From Camelus ferus (taxonomy: Eukaryota), in contig NC_045696.1 of NCBI RefSeq assembly GCF_009834535.1, positions 102,488,001 to 102,552,000 of the forward strand: DNA of 64,000 bases. Reading direction: 5' to 3'. Positions within the stretch are counted from its first letter, which is position 1. The number at the start of each line of letters is the position of its first letter. Shown piece by piece: positions 52,236 through 64,000 of the stretch. The notes under the pieces are model-generated. The model was not told the DNA's origin. It saw only the letters and a list, made by a program, of their open reading frames with translations, and did not search any database. The position numbers were made by a program, and so were the translations under genes.

Positions 52236-53340
52236 TAGCACTCAGATCTTAATTTCTAAATGTCATTCTCCAATAAAAGGAACCATGACTCCTTGGAGAA
52301 ATGGCTGATTCCAGCACAGGGAAAGAAAAGTAAAAGACAAGCCTGGACCACCTTACAATGCCAAAAAGTAAGAAAGGCTCAAAAAAGTGATGGGACTATG
52401 TCAAAATGACACAAAAACCAACTGGCCAAATCTGGGATAATTTTAGCCATAAAGTAAACAATGATAGTAATAGATAATTGCCCATAGAATAAAATAAAAG
52501 CCATAAACCTACACTGATATAAATAAATAATTGAATAAACAAATAAATAAGAATGAAGGAAAAGCTCTTGCAGTAGAATTCTAATTAATAAATGTAGAAG
52601 GAATGATGGAAATAGAGAATTTGACAAATACCACAGGAATAATTGTTCCCAGCAAGAATTATCAATGGGTGTGAAAATTAATAGGCATGAGTATGAGAAA
52701 CGAGATGTTTACATGGTCTCGGATTATCTCCCCCTAACATACTTACCAGTTACAGAGGGGGAAATAGTAACTTCCCAGTGGAGAAACCTGTCAGACAGCA
52801 CCTTAACTGAGTTACCAAAGTTAATACCACCTGTTATGGATCAAATCAATCTCATGTGCCTCCTGATATGTTGCACAAAGACACAATATCACTTCTGTGC
52901 TGTTCTTGTCAAACATGCGTAACCTGAATTTAATCACCAGGAAACCTGGACAAATCCAATGAAAGGACACTCCACAGAATAACTGGCCAGTATTCATCAA
53001 AAAAGGTCAAGGTCATGAATGACAAAGACTAAGGAGCAAGCTGTCACACATTAAAGGAAACTGGGAGACAGAACGACTAAGTGCAACATGCTATCCTGGA
53101 TTGGATCCTGGACCAGAAAACAGATATTAGATGGAAAACTGGTGAAATGTGAATACGGTCTCTAGATTATGCAAGAGTATTGCATCAACATTACTTTTCT
53201 GGTTTTTATAATTTTACTGGGGCTAGATGAAATGCTAACATTTGGGGAATCTGAGTAAAGGGGAAAATTCTTTGTGCTATTCTTGCACCATTTTGTGAGT
53301 CTGAAATTATTTCAAAATTAAACATTAAAAAATAAAGAAA
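52236..53340 (+). mobile_element. L1MC/L1MD-type 3' UTR
   Basis: TTCTCCAATAAAAGGAACCATGACTCCTTGGAGAAATGGCTGATTCCAG...CCTGGATTGGATCCTGGACCAGAAAA...GTCTGAAATTATTTCAAAATTAAA, then an A tail. Confidence 0.8.
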
Positions 53341-53344
53341 AAGT

Positions 53345-53620
53345 TCATAATAGTTCTGGATGGAGTTGTGGTTGGAGTCGGCAAGTAGGGATAGCCAGCT
53401 GTGTAGAGACCAGCTGTGTGATCTGTCAGAGAGCTAAGGGGTCAGCCACCAACAGGAGGTAGCAGCAACCTGAAAGTTCAAGGTCTAGATAAAGCCTAAA
53501 CCCTAAACTAACCTACTAATCTGAACCCACACCTATGGCCACACTTACCCATTTACATCCACAGATGCTTCAGATTCCAGCCTGCTTCCCACAGCTCTCA
53601 AAAATGGAGAGCAAACTCCT
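53345..53620 (-). mobile_element. Probable reverse-transcriptase segment of the same Gypsy fossil, separated from it by an L1 insertion
   Basis: Minus strand reads IFE-LWEAGWNLK (cf. VFERLREAGLxLK), MGKC, VGxLGF, LDLE..VAATSCW.LTP (cf. MDPEKVAAI..WPTP) and SIQNYYEL (cf. RFIxNYS). Several frameshifts and non-canonical spacings are required. Confidence 0.45.
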
Positions 53621-53989
53621 TCATGCGACTTTGGACAAGGTATTTAACCTCGTCATTCTCCATCTATAAAATGGGGCCATAATATCAGTTATGTCATGGG
53701 GCTGTCATGAGAATTACATGAAATAACATGAAAAGTACTTAGTATGGTGTCTGGCACAGAGACAGCTCTTGATGAACTTTGGCTACTCTAACCATCATAT
53801 TCGTTCCCATCCTCATCCTCATCATCATTATTACTCTGTTAGCAAAGCCCCACAAACAGCCTCACTAGAGTCTAGTTCCATGGAAGTGGGCACTCTGTCC
53901 AGCTTGGTCACCGCTATAGTCCCAGCTTCACACAGTCCATCCACAGAGCAGACCCTCCATAAATGTGCTACTCAAATGGAAGAAAGAAA

Positions 53990-54990
53990 CATCTGGCCCA
54001 GCTTACCTCTTAAATTATTTTGAATAGAAGGACAGCTGCTGTAACAGAGACCCAAACTACCAGTAACTTAAATAAGACAGAAGTTTACCTTTCTTTCACA
54101 TCTCCATCTGAGCATCAGCTGTCCATGACTGCAAGATGCTTCCAGGAACAAGACCCAGATCCTCTCTTGGGGCAGAGCCATTCCCAGAAGTTTCATGACC
54201 TCATTCACATTCCAGCCTGATGTGGGACGCCCCATGAAAAAGACGGCAAGATCCCCAGACAGGGCCACTACTCTCCTGCCAGCACCATCCAGTTCCCTGG
54301 CCCAGCAGCATTATCTCGCTTTTTGTCTCTGAAAAGGCTTGCTTCTAGGAAAGCGGAACTTACCCCTAAGATTCTATTGGTTCCCTGGGCTAACTCCTGA
54401 TTGGTCCACTTGTAGTGCCTTATTTGCATGGAGCTTACTCCTGGTTGGTCCATTTCTATCACTCCTGATGGGTCCATTTCTACAAAGCTCATTCCTAATT
54501 AGTCAACTTTGTTACATCTTATTTGTGTATGATGTTGCAAAGTCTAGACTGGCAGCCTATAAAGGCCTGTGTAAACCTACAGACAGGGTCCAGAGCTTGG
54601 AATGCTAACTCCTCTGGGCCTGCCGGCGTAATAAACTTGCGTTCTCCAACCCTTCAAGTGCTGCTTGGTCTCTCGCCCGGATCCAGGTTGCTGTCACAAC
54701 TGAGCTGTAACACTGAGCTGTAACACACTTTGCTGCAACAAGCCCACAGGAAGCAGGAAGGGCAAAGAGGAAGGACACACTCTAAAGAGGGCACAGCCAA
54801 CAGGATACGCATATAACTTGTATTTCCTCCTCCCTGGCCAGGACTTGAACGTGGGTGACATCCAGTTGCAAGGGAGGCTGGGGAATGTAGTCTTTATTCT
54901 GGGCAGCCATGTGCCTTGTTAGCATTTGGTGGTTCTGTGACTGCAGAGGAAGAGGATGATGCATTTGGGAAGCCACCAGCAGTCCTGCCA
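53990..54990 (-). mobile_element. MLT1-type MaLR LTR (host of the ERV1 LTR)
   Basis: CAGCTGCTGTAACAGAGACCC...CTTAAATAAGACAGAAGTTTA and GCAAGGGAGGCTGGGAATGTAGTCTTTATTCTGGGCAGCCATGTGCC. Confidence 0.75.
54218..54740 (+). mobile_element. ERV1-type solo LTR (523 bp) nested in an MLT1 element
   Basis: TG...CA ends (TGATG...CAACA). 4-bp TSD AGCC at 54214-54217 and 54741-54744. TATAAA ~54558 and AATAAA ~54630. Repeated inverted CCAAT-like units at 54375-54482. The host MLT1 sequence resumes after the TSD. Confidence 0.85.
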
Positions 54991-57900
54991 ATCTCTCCAC
55001 CTTCATCACTCCCCCTCTAGACACTGGCCCCACAGCACTTCTCCCAGGTCTTTGCACCCACTGCTTCCTCTGTCCAGTGCCCTAGCCCAGCCTCAACGGC
55101 ACCCCTTTCAGAGAATCCCCATTCACTTTTCAGACCCCTAAGGAGACATCACTTCCTCTTGGAAACCTTTTAGCACCCCCACCCAGTGGGGATTAGCCCC
55201 TCCTCCCTCCTTGAAAGTCTTCCTCTATCCCTGATCTTGCCCTACAGTGGCACTGTGTCTAAACTGTTTATTAGTCTGTCTCTTTTCACTCCAAAAGGGC
55301 AGAGAATATCCATCTGTCTTTGTCCCTTGCACATTACAGCGCTTGAAACTTCTGCTGAATTATTGTATATATACTTTTGAGAATCTATATTTGAATTTTT
55401 AAGCTACTGTAGCTTTGCCCAATACAAGAACATTCCTGGCATAAACGGGAGCACCCCGGACCCGGGTAAGTAGTAGAGAAGATATCAGTGAAATCAGACC
55501 CGCTGCTTAAGAGAAGAAGGAATCCAGATGCTGTGGGCCTCACAGGACCCTGGGAATGTTTGTCCGGCTCCTGACTCCTGTTTACATCTAGCCAGGCTGG
55601 AGGACAACAGAGCCCCATCACCAGCGCCTCCCTCAGTGAGCGCAGCCAGCCCGGGGGCCGCCTCGCCCTCAGGACAGTACAAGCTCACTTCCTGGGCAGG
55701 GAACATGGCAACATCAAGACCCTGCTGGTTGAAGTCACAGCACAGATGGCTTATGAACATGAAAAGGCTGTTTAATGTGAAAAGCCTTTGATTTTTTTCC
55801 CCCAAATTAATTCCTTCAGTGCCCTGCAAGCTGTAGGCAAAACTATAGGAGCCGAGGAGAAGGGGCGTTTCAGCCAAAACTCCTAATTTCCTTGCCTGAT
55901 ACCGTTTCCGTGAGTTCCAAATCTGAGTCTTAAATATATGTTTGTGGAATTAATGTTTGTTTTGTTTGTTTGTGGTAAGGGAGTGAAGGATGCCGTTCTG
56001 GGCTGTTTTGCTTGCCTAAGTCTCAACAAAGGGTAAGAGAGAAAAATATCAAGCTTGGATGGAAGGATCAAGAGAAGTTACCGCTCACTAAGGATGTTGT
56101 ATTGAAGGAAATCGAATCTTCAACCTCATCCTAACTCACATCTTACTCGCGGGTTTATAACCCCTGCGCACCCTCTCCTCCTCCCTGATGCCATTTCCCT
56201 CACTCCCAAATCAGTTTTAAACAAGTTTGTCCATGGAGGGCTTGCTTTTGTTCGTTTCTGGAAGAATTCCTTCAGTATTAGACCATCTGGCACTTTTACA
56301 TGTCAGGGTCTACAAGGAGTCTCATCTCATTTAATTTTTTTGCCAATGAGATAAAGTCAATAACAAAACAGGCTTTAAAAAAGGTCCCCAGCTGGTGGGT
56401 GACAGTGTCTCTTCATCAGAGACCACCACCTGGAAAAAGACACCAAGATTTAATGTTTTCTTTGGCTGCTCAGGGAAAGTGAAGGGAACCCCAAAGACTC
56501 TTTCCTGAGGAAGTTAATAAGCCCATAGATCACTCTGGGTCCTTGGCTCATACTCGTCTGTTCTGTCACCCCCCCCCCATAACACTACTCTTAATCAAAA
56601 TCCCCCCAACTTCTTGCCTCTTACTGATTGTTCAACAGGCCAGCATGATCTGTGTGTACTCCCTGGGTAACCAAATCTGTGCCCCTCCACTGTCTCCTGT
56701 CAGTGAACAGAGCTATGACATGAAACAGTAATACTTGTCACACCAACGCAATGTCTTTATCTTTATTTTTAAGTACATGATACTCTGGAAGATGACAGTT
56801 TTGAAAAAAAAATTTTTTAACCTGCTCTGAACATCACAGGATATTTTCATAATGTCTTGAGGATTCAATCTCTAAAAAATGACATCTATGTGAGATTAAG
56901 TTTTCAATGTGCATCTTTATTAACAACACGGTCACTGAGGTCCCCTGCCCACACGTCTGACTAAGAAAACACATAAATAAGTCCTCCTAAATCATGCGAT
57001 GTCAGCTGATTCTAAATGGCATGAAAACAGAAATAATTGCTTTCCTCTTGTACCCAAATAGGACGTTTCCATTAAAACTGTTCATTTGATTCAAAGTAGG
57101 GACAATACATGATGATGATGATTCAGATCAGAAATTATATCCTAATTGGGTCTCTGGATTAGACAATTTGAAGTTTTCTTTAAAAAAAAGAAAACCTGTA
57201 AAAGCAAAAAACAAAGATCCCTCCACAATTATTCAAACTCAAGGAAGGGGTTGTGTGACGTTTTCCTCTTCCTGGCAAATCAGTAGCCCTGTTCTAGGTT
57301 TTCAACTTGACCAAAGGTAGCCGTGTCAGCCTGAAATGAGAACAACTATAAACTCTTTAAAAAAAAAAAAAAAAAAGAGTTAAATGGTAAGATCTTGGGC
57401 TCTGGGCTGAGACTGCCTGCTCTACTGGTTACAAGCTGTGTGACTGTGGGCAGGTTACTCTACCTCTCTGGGCCTCATCTGAGAGCCGGAATAAAACTAG
57501 TGGCCACCTTAGAGGGTCACTGTGGGGATGAGATACATGCACAGCACAGTGGCCGGAACAGTACACTCAGTAGAGGTCAGCAGTGATCATCCTCTGAAGG
57601 TCAAAGGATCTTTTCTACCCATTCACGGCCAATATGAAGTTGCTTTGGAAAAGTGAACCAGCCACCAATTTGGCAAATCTAAAGGGGCTGGTACCTATCC
57701 TGGAGGAAGGAAGCACTGCCTGCGCCAGCTGGCTGTTAGGTGTACTTAAGCCCAAGGTGGAGTGTTTAGCCCCTCTTTGCTCAGCTCTTACATGTTAAAA
57801 TGCTATTTGTCCCTGAAATAGCTTAAAAATACATTTATACACACAAACATATATATGTGTGTGTGTGTCTATACAGATAAATGGATATAGCATATCAATA

Positions 57901-59629
57901 ACTATCTGTTGCCACTCTTGATTTTCCCCTGCACTCTGAGGGCTGTCTTCCACCCTCAGCAGTGAGAACCAGAGTGGCCAGCTGTCCCGAGCTCTCGCCC
58001 AGTGAGTCCTCCTCCAGGCTGCCGCCAGGTCAGCGTGTCCCACAGTGTGTCTTGTTTAATCTGCAGTGCTTTGCTCTCGACCATTAATTGGAGCTGTAAA
58101 CCATGCTGGCTGTTAGACATGGTGGAAATGAAGGCACTTAACTTGACACGAAGAAACAAAGGCTGAGTAACATGTTGGGTATCAAAGTTCAAGTTCCCAC
58201 ACTGGGATACTTCCATCAGAGGGGTTAGGTGATAATCTATAAGCCATTAGGAATTCCTAGAAGCCCTCGAGTATTATCAGGCACCAGCATATCATTGCAA
58301 CCCAGAGAACTGATCCCCAGCCAATGCTCAGCTCGACACTAGAGGCTGGAAGAGCAACTGCCAAAGGCAATGCCAGGACCATGTTCCCCAAGGGACGATG
58401 CTGAGTCAGTCATCACTCCCGCTTCCAGGAGAGCAAACCGCAGCTAGGAAGGATATGACTGTGTTCCTCTCCTGCTCCCAGCTTGAAGTCTCCAACCAGC
58501 TGTTTTTAAACAAATTCTTAAGTTACAGAAAAGAAATGACTCATTCCTTCTGCCCTGTGTTATTGCAGATCATTTATGTCACATGTACATATGCATAAAA
58601 CATGCATATGTGATCCTTAGATGAGACTGCCTTTATAAATCCACTCAAAATTCAAATTATGATGAGTGCAAAATTCTTATGGTAGAAATATAGTCTTACT
58701 AAATTGAGGCAAGCAGAAATCAGAAAAAAAAAAAAAAAGAACAAGACCAACATTGTCATTTATAGCTAACATAATTTTTATGTGGTCTGGCTTGTCAAAT
58801 ATGCTTATCACCTGAAAACAAGCTAAGAAAGGAGAGTATTCGTCATTTTTTCTGTTATTTATACAATGCTTGCTTGCCTTTTGCCCTCTTAAAAATGCAT
58901 ACTCAAAAAGACTCAAAATCAAAATCAAAATTCTGGAGTCAGCCACCTGTCAAAAATGCTGCAGGACCGAAGCCCAGAATTCATTTTAACATGTAGTCGT
59001 CCCTAGACTGTGACAGAATTCAGGTTTCAATTAGCTTTCTTCAGGCTCCCAAAACCAAGAAGAGTCTAGTGGGTTGTTAACATATTCATAAGTAAACAAA
59101 TACTTGGTCCTTTGACGAGCAGCCAGGATGGGAGGGATCCAGGCATCCACGGGGAAGCCGTGGGGAGCTTGCACTTCCCTCACTCCGTGGGAATGGACCC
59201 ACTGTGGATGCTGCTCCTGTCTTTCTGAGCATCTTTATCTGTACCTTTATGGAACCCTGTGAGCAAGATGCCCACTGTAAGAAGCCTGACATGCAGCCAG
59301 AATTACTAAACTGAGGTGGTGCTTCTTGTGCAGAACCCTGCCAGGCTCAATGTTTGCAAAATGAAATTGCCCATAGGTCTACACAAATGTGAATGTGCAC
59401 GTCAATCACCGGGTTCCTATTGAATGCAGATTCCAATCTGGCAGGATAGGGAGGGGCCAGTACTGCGGATCTGAAGACCCTACTTCTGTTCACAATTAAA
59501 TAAACATGGTTTGGAGGCATCCCAGGTGCCAGGCACTGTGCCTTCTGCTGGAAACACAAAGATAAAGCAAGGGTCTTGCCCCAGAGATGCTTGTGCAATA
59601 GGAGAGACAGCTTACAACACACTGGAAAG

Positions 59630-60140
59630 TTCAGCATTTGTTTGGATCTTTTGCATTACCAGGAAGAAAAGCCCATCCAAAGTGGCTCATGCAAAAAAAA
59701 ATGTAACTGGCTCCTGTAATTGCAAAGCCTGGGTAAGGTGACTTGCGATCCAGTTTGAAGCAGGGCTAAAATGATGTCACTAGCACCTGGTTTCTCTCTC
59801 TGTGTCTTTTGGCTCCGCTTCCTGTTGTTTGGCTCCCTTCTCTTGGAGGCAACATAGATACCAGTCCATATGTTTTCTCCTCTTAATAAGTGTGCCTTCT
59901 TATCCAGGAAGTCTCAGCAGAAATCTCAGGGTATCTCATTGGCTCTAACTGGGTCATGTGTTCAGCTCTGAACCAATCTATGTGTCCAGGAAGTCAGACT
60001 TCCATCATGGTAAGCCCTAGAGTTTAGGGAGGAGTTAGCGCCAAAAGAACCCCATGTACCAAAAGGGCAGGAGGCGTGGATTCCCACAAGAATCAGAGGT
60101 TGAATGCTGGGCAGCCAAAAGCCCACAGTCACCACTACAG
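59630..60140 (-). mobile_element. MLT1-type MaLR LTR
   Basis: TCTCATTGGCTCTAACTGGGTCATGTGTTCAGCTCTGAACCAATC motif. Confidence 0.6.
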
Positions 60141-60615
60141 AGATGTGATAGAATCACAGGCAGTGAGCATGGAGAAAAACACTGGTGCCTGATAAATACC
60201 ATCACAACGTGTGTGTGTGTGCGCGCGCAAGCGCGTGTGTTATGTGTGTGCGTGTGTGAGTGTCACCAGCCACAGGCAAAGTGCACACAGTGCCCAGTCT
60301 GGAAAGGACTACTGATTGGTTTCTTGGGGGCCTTTAACACAACACCTGCATCCTTCCACCTCAGCCATGGTATAGTTCAGTCACTCCAGAAATACTTCAT
60401 TCACTACTTTCTGTGCAGGAGTTGAGAAGTAGAAAGTATGGTTTCATTGTTCCTGAGGTTAGAGTTAACTGGAATATAGACGAGATTAACACACTAAATA
60501 TTTGAAAGCCAGTGCAAAAAATACTGTGTAGCTGAGCACTAATTTGTCCTAAAAGAAAGGAGGCATTGTTGTGAGCTGGAATAGAAGCTTCCACAGGCAT
60601 AAACATACAGATGCA

Positions 60616-61247
60616 CAATCCCACTCCTGGGCATATATCCAGAAGGAACCCTAATTCAAAAAGACACCTGCACCCCAATGTTCATAGCAGCACTATTTAC
60701 AATAGCCAAGATATGGAAACAACCTAAATGTCCATCAGCAGATGACTAGATAAAGAAGATGTGGTATATTTATACAATGGGATATTATTCAGCCATAAAA
60801 AATGACAACATAATGCCATTTGCAGCAACATGGATGTCCCTGGAGAATGTCATTCTAAGTGAAGTAAGCCAGAAAGAGAAATAAAAATACCAAATGATAT
60901 CACTCCTATGTGGAATCTAAAAAAAAAGAAGACAAATGAACTTAAATATAAAACAGAAACAGACTCACAGGCATAGAATACAAACCTGTGGTTGCCAGGG
61001 GGAGGGGGTGGGAAGGGACAGACTGGGAATTCAAGATTTGTAGATACTGACAGGTATATATAGAATAGATAACAAGTTTATAATGTATAGCACAGGGAAA
61101 TATATACAAGATCTTGTAGTAGCTCACAGTGAAAAAGAATATGAAAATGAATATATGTATATTCATGTATGACTGAAAATTGTGCTGTACACCAGAAATT
61201 GACACAACATTGTAAACTGACTATAACTCAATAAAAAAAAAAAAAAA
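60616..61247 (+). mobile_element. Young 5'-truncated L1
   Basis: CAATCCCACTCCTGGGCATATATCCAGA...CACCCCAATGTTCATAGCAGCACTATTTACAATAGCC...AATAAA poly(A). TSD ATACAGATGCA at 60605-60615 and 61248-61258. Confidence 0.95.
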
Positions 61248-61889
61248 ATACAGATGCAATGGTGAGCTGGCTTGTATACTGGGTCAGGAAGGGACCAAAC
61301 AAGTTGTAGAAGAGGACAGTGTCATCTTCCAACACCAGGGACAAGTGCCCAGATCAATGACCTCTCCACTATGGCCCCCACCCTGACTGCAGTACCCATG
61401 GTGGGAACCCATCTGACATCCTAGCTCCAGTCCAACACAACTCCCTTAACCCTGACCCAAGAACAAATGTACCATCTCAGAAACGGAGGTCTCAAGAATT
61501 CCTGCCTACCTGTGCTACACTCTGTCCTGCCAGAACTGTGTGTGTGTGTATATATATACATATATGATCTGAAATCTTTGTCCTCATTAAAAGTTTCAAT
61601 CCGGTATCTCTCCTACTTCTTCCCTATCCATTACCCATCCTCCAATCAACCATCTTCTCTACGCCTAACCCAAAGCAGCAGAATGTAGCTACAGGCACGG
61701 GCAACCTTTAAATTCATTATAGCCACAAATGCCCAAAACAGCAATGATGACTGATGACGGTGATGATGAGGATGTTGACGACGGCGGTGATATCATTATC
61801 ACCTAACGTTTATTGAATATCATTTTGCAGCAGCCTTGTTGTGGGCTCTGAATCAGTAAGAACATAATTCTCTTTGGCTTAATTTTGCT

Positions 61890-62118
61890 CAGTATTCCTC
61901 AAAGGAACGCTATTGGCATTTGGAGCAGGACAATTCTTCATTACCTGGGACAGTTCTCTGCTCAACAGAACATTCAGCAATACTGCTCGCATTCCCCAAA
62001 TGCCATTACCACTCCCCCGTCCTGGCAAAACACACACACATAACCACACACAGTTTTCTAAAGACTGGTCTTCAATACTCCCCTCCAAGCAGTTTGCAGA
62101 AATAGTTGAGGACCACTG
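61890..62118. mobile_element. MER20-like hAT-Charlie MITE
   Basis: TIR-like ends CAGTATTCCTCAA ... TTGAGGACCACTG, with internal GCTATTGGCATTTGGAGCAGGACAATTCTT. Confidence 0.7.
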
Positions 62119-62299
62119 GCTGATGGAAAGAGTGCTAATTTGGACGTCAAAACTGACATTCACTGTACTTTGACCTTGAGCAAGCCACTTAGCCTCTCTG
62201 GGTATCAGTTTCCTCTTCCATAAAAGGTGGATCATAATCCTACTTCTGCTTAGTGGTGGCAAGTTTCAAATGATCTAATAAAATATTAGTGAGACTATG

Positions 62300-62840
62300 T
62301 AGTGTATTCATTAGGATTGTAGTTGGCTGTGAGTAACAAAAACGGCTTAAACAATTAAGCATTTCTTCTTCCCACACCGCAGGTATTCGGAAGGCTGGTG
62401 GTCTGTGGCTGGTGTGGTGGCTTCATGGTGGCCTCAGTATCCCCAGCTTCTGTCTTTCTGCAAGTGGCTTTTACCTTTGTGGCTGCCTCTCAGTCACAAG
62501 ACAAAGACCCCACTTCCAGGCTCATGACAGACAGACAGACAGAAAGGAGGCAGGAAGGAAGGAAAAGGAGGCAAGAAAAAGCTCTATTTATATCAGAAAC
62601 TAAACTAAAAAGGGAAGGGAGGAAAGAAAGGAGGCAAGAAAAAGCTCTGTTTATATCAGAAACTAAACTAAAAATCCCCAGGAGATTTCTGTTGACAGCT
62701 CACTAGCTGCCACGTGATCATCTCTACCTGCAAGGGAGACTGGGAAATATTTTTAGCCAAGCATATTGCCTCCTTGAACAAAATTAAGATTCTGTGAGTA
62801 AGAAAGAAGGGGAGAAGGTGGGAAGCCAGCAATATTTGCC
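62300..62840 (-). mobile_element. MLT1-type LTR containing a ~63-bp tandem duplication
   Basis: GTTGGCTGTGAGTAACAAAAACGGCTTAAACAA...CTGCAAGGGAGACTGGGAAAT. AAAGGAGGCAAGAAAAAGCTCT.TTTATATCAGAAACTAAACTAAAAA occurs at 62564 and 62627. Confidence 0.7.
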
Positions 62841-63373
62841 GTACTTTTCGGTAAAGTAAAAAGCATCATAGACATGTAAGCAGCATTATTATAAACCCTG
62901 AACGAAAGCACATCACACAACACAGTAACTGCATGAATTCCGCTCCATGATTTAACCCCCGTCACTTAAATAAGTAAATGTTCTTATTTACATCCAACAA
63001 GCAGGGCAGCCCAATTAACTAATAAGGCACTTCTCTGCCCACATCCTAACATAGCAACGCAGAGTCAACCAGCTCTTGCGTAGCAGGCTCTAAAGCAGGT
63101 TGGCCCCAGTTATTCAAGGTAACAGGAGAGTATAAGAGAGCGTGTAAATGAATATAGAAGATCTTTATTGGTTTAAGGCCACCTGACAGTTATTCCCGTA
63201 CTTTTGATAACTGCACCCTGCTGTTGTTGTGGGAAACTACTTCCCCACATTGTGTGCAGGTTGGTGGGACTGCCAGTCAAAGTGCCCTGCTTAGGTGCCA
63301 AGGAAAGACACCTGCCCCAGCCTCAGCCAATGCAACTCTCTCTTCCAGGACTTCGAATTCTGAATGTGTGAAG

Positions 63374-63420
63374 TGAGACAAAGAGAGAGACAGAGACAGA
63401 GACAGAGACAGAGACAGAGA
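63374..63420. repeat. (GAGACA)n simple repeat
   Basis: Direct inspection. Confidence 0.9.
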
Positions 63421-64000
63421 AGGGGAGTTGGAGAGTGGGAGGGAGGGAAGAAGGAAGGAATGAAAAAAGAAATGAGAAAACCAGTGTCCAGCCTTGCTTT
63501 GTAGCTGTTCTTCAATTCTCTGGGCTCCCAAATCCTTTCCGGTTAATTTCCTGTTTTGTTTAATGTAACTGAGTCAGTTTTTCAACAAAAGAACCTTGAC
63601 TGATGCCTCTGAGAATGACACTTGCAGATCACCCGGAATCTCAGCTGTCTGCTTTGGTTTCAACCTCATCTCCTACTAAAGCTCGACCAGAATCCCAAAG
63701 GGCACTTCTTCTCTGATCCCCAGACACTATAGAGATACCGCGAAATCATGGAGTGGCCAAGACTGGGAGGAACCAAAGAAATAAAAGCCTTAGGGTGAGG
63801 ACGTGTCAGGCAGCCCCCAGTTGGGAAGCAGGAGCTGTGATTTCTAGTTTGCACAATTTCTCTGACTAGAGACTCGGCGTACATCTTTCGGCCTTTCTGC
63901 ACCTCGACTTCCACACTTGTAAATGACAGAGCTGACTCTATCTCATCAGCTTTTAACACACCAGAATTACTTAACTTTGCTAGGTCTCCAGCTGCCCACT

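Noticed and set aside
57712..57740. CTCF-like GCGCCAGCTGGCTG
   Set aside because: Three mismatches to the core consensus; not supportable from sequence alone.

Overview
Mammalian, almost certainly camelid, non-coding genomic DNA, either intronic or intergenic. The camelid call rests on three tRNA-derived Vic-1-type SINEs and several young L1 3' ends. I find no protein-coding exon or RNA gene that I can support; the listed ORFs are chance ORFs or read through repeats. The window is a layered record of transposable elements: MIR, L2, old L1, MaLR (MLT1) LTRs, hAT MITEs (MER5A, MER20-like), an ERV1-type solo LTR with a 4-bp TSD nested in an MLT1, and young 5'-truncated L1s with TSDs. One L1 is a twin-primed inversion, and one target site appears to have been hit twice. 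The main observation not visible in the ORF track is a heavily decayed Ty3/Gypsy chromovirus-like pol fossil on the minus strand at ~50.5-52.2 kb. Manual translation gives RNase H, integrase core, GPY/F-region and chromodomain motifs in the correct order, followed by a PPT-like tract and a candidate LTR. A probable RT segment at 53.35-53.62 kb is separated from it by an old L1. Repeat family names and boundaries are by-eye and approximate; no database search was run.
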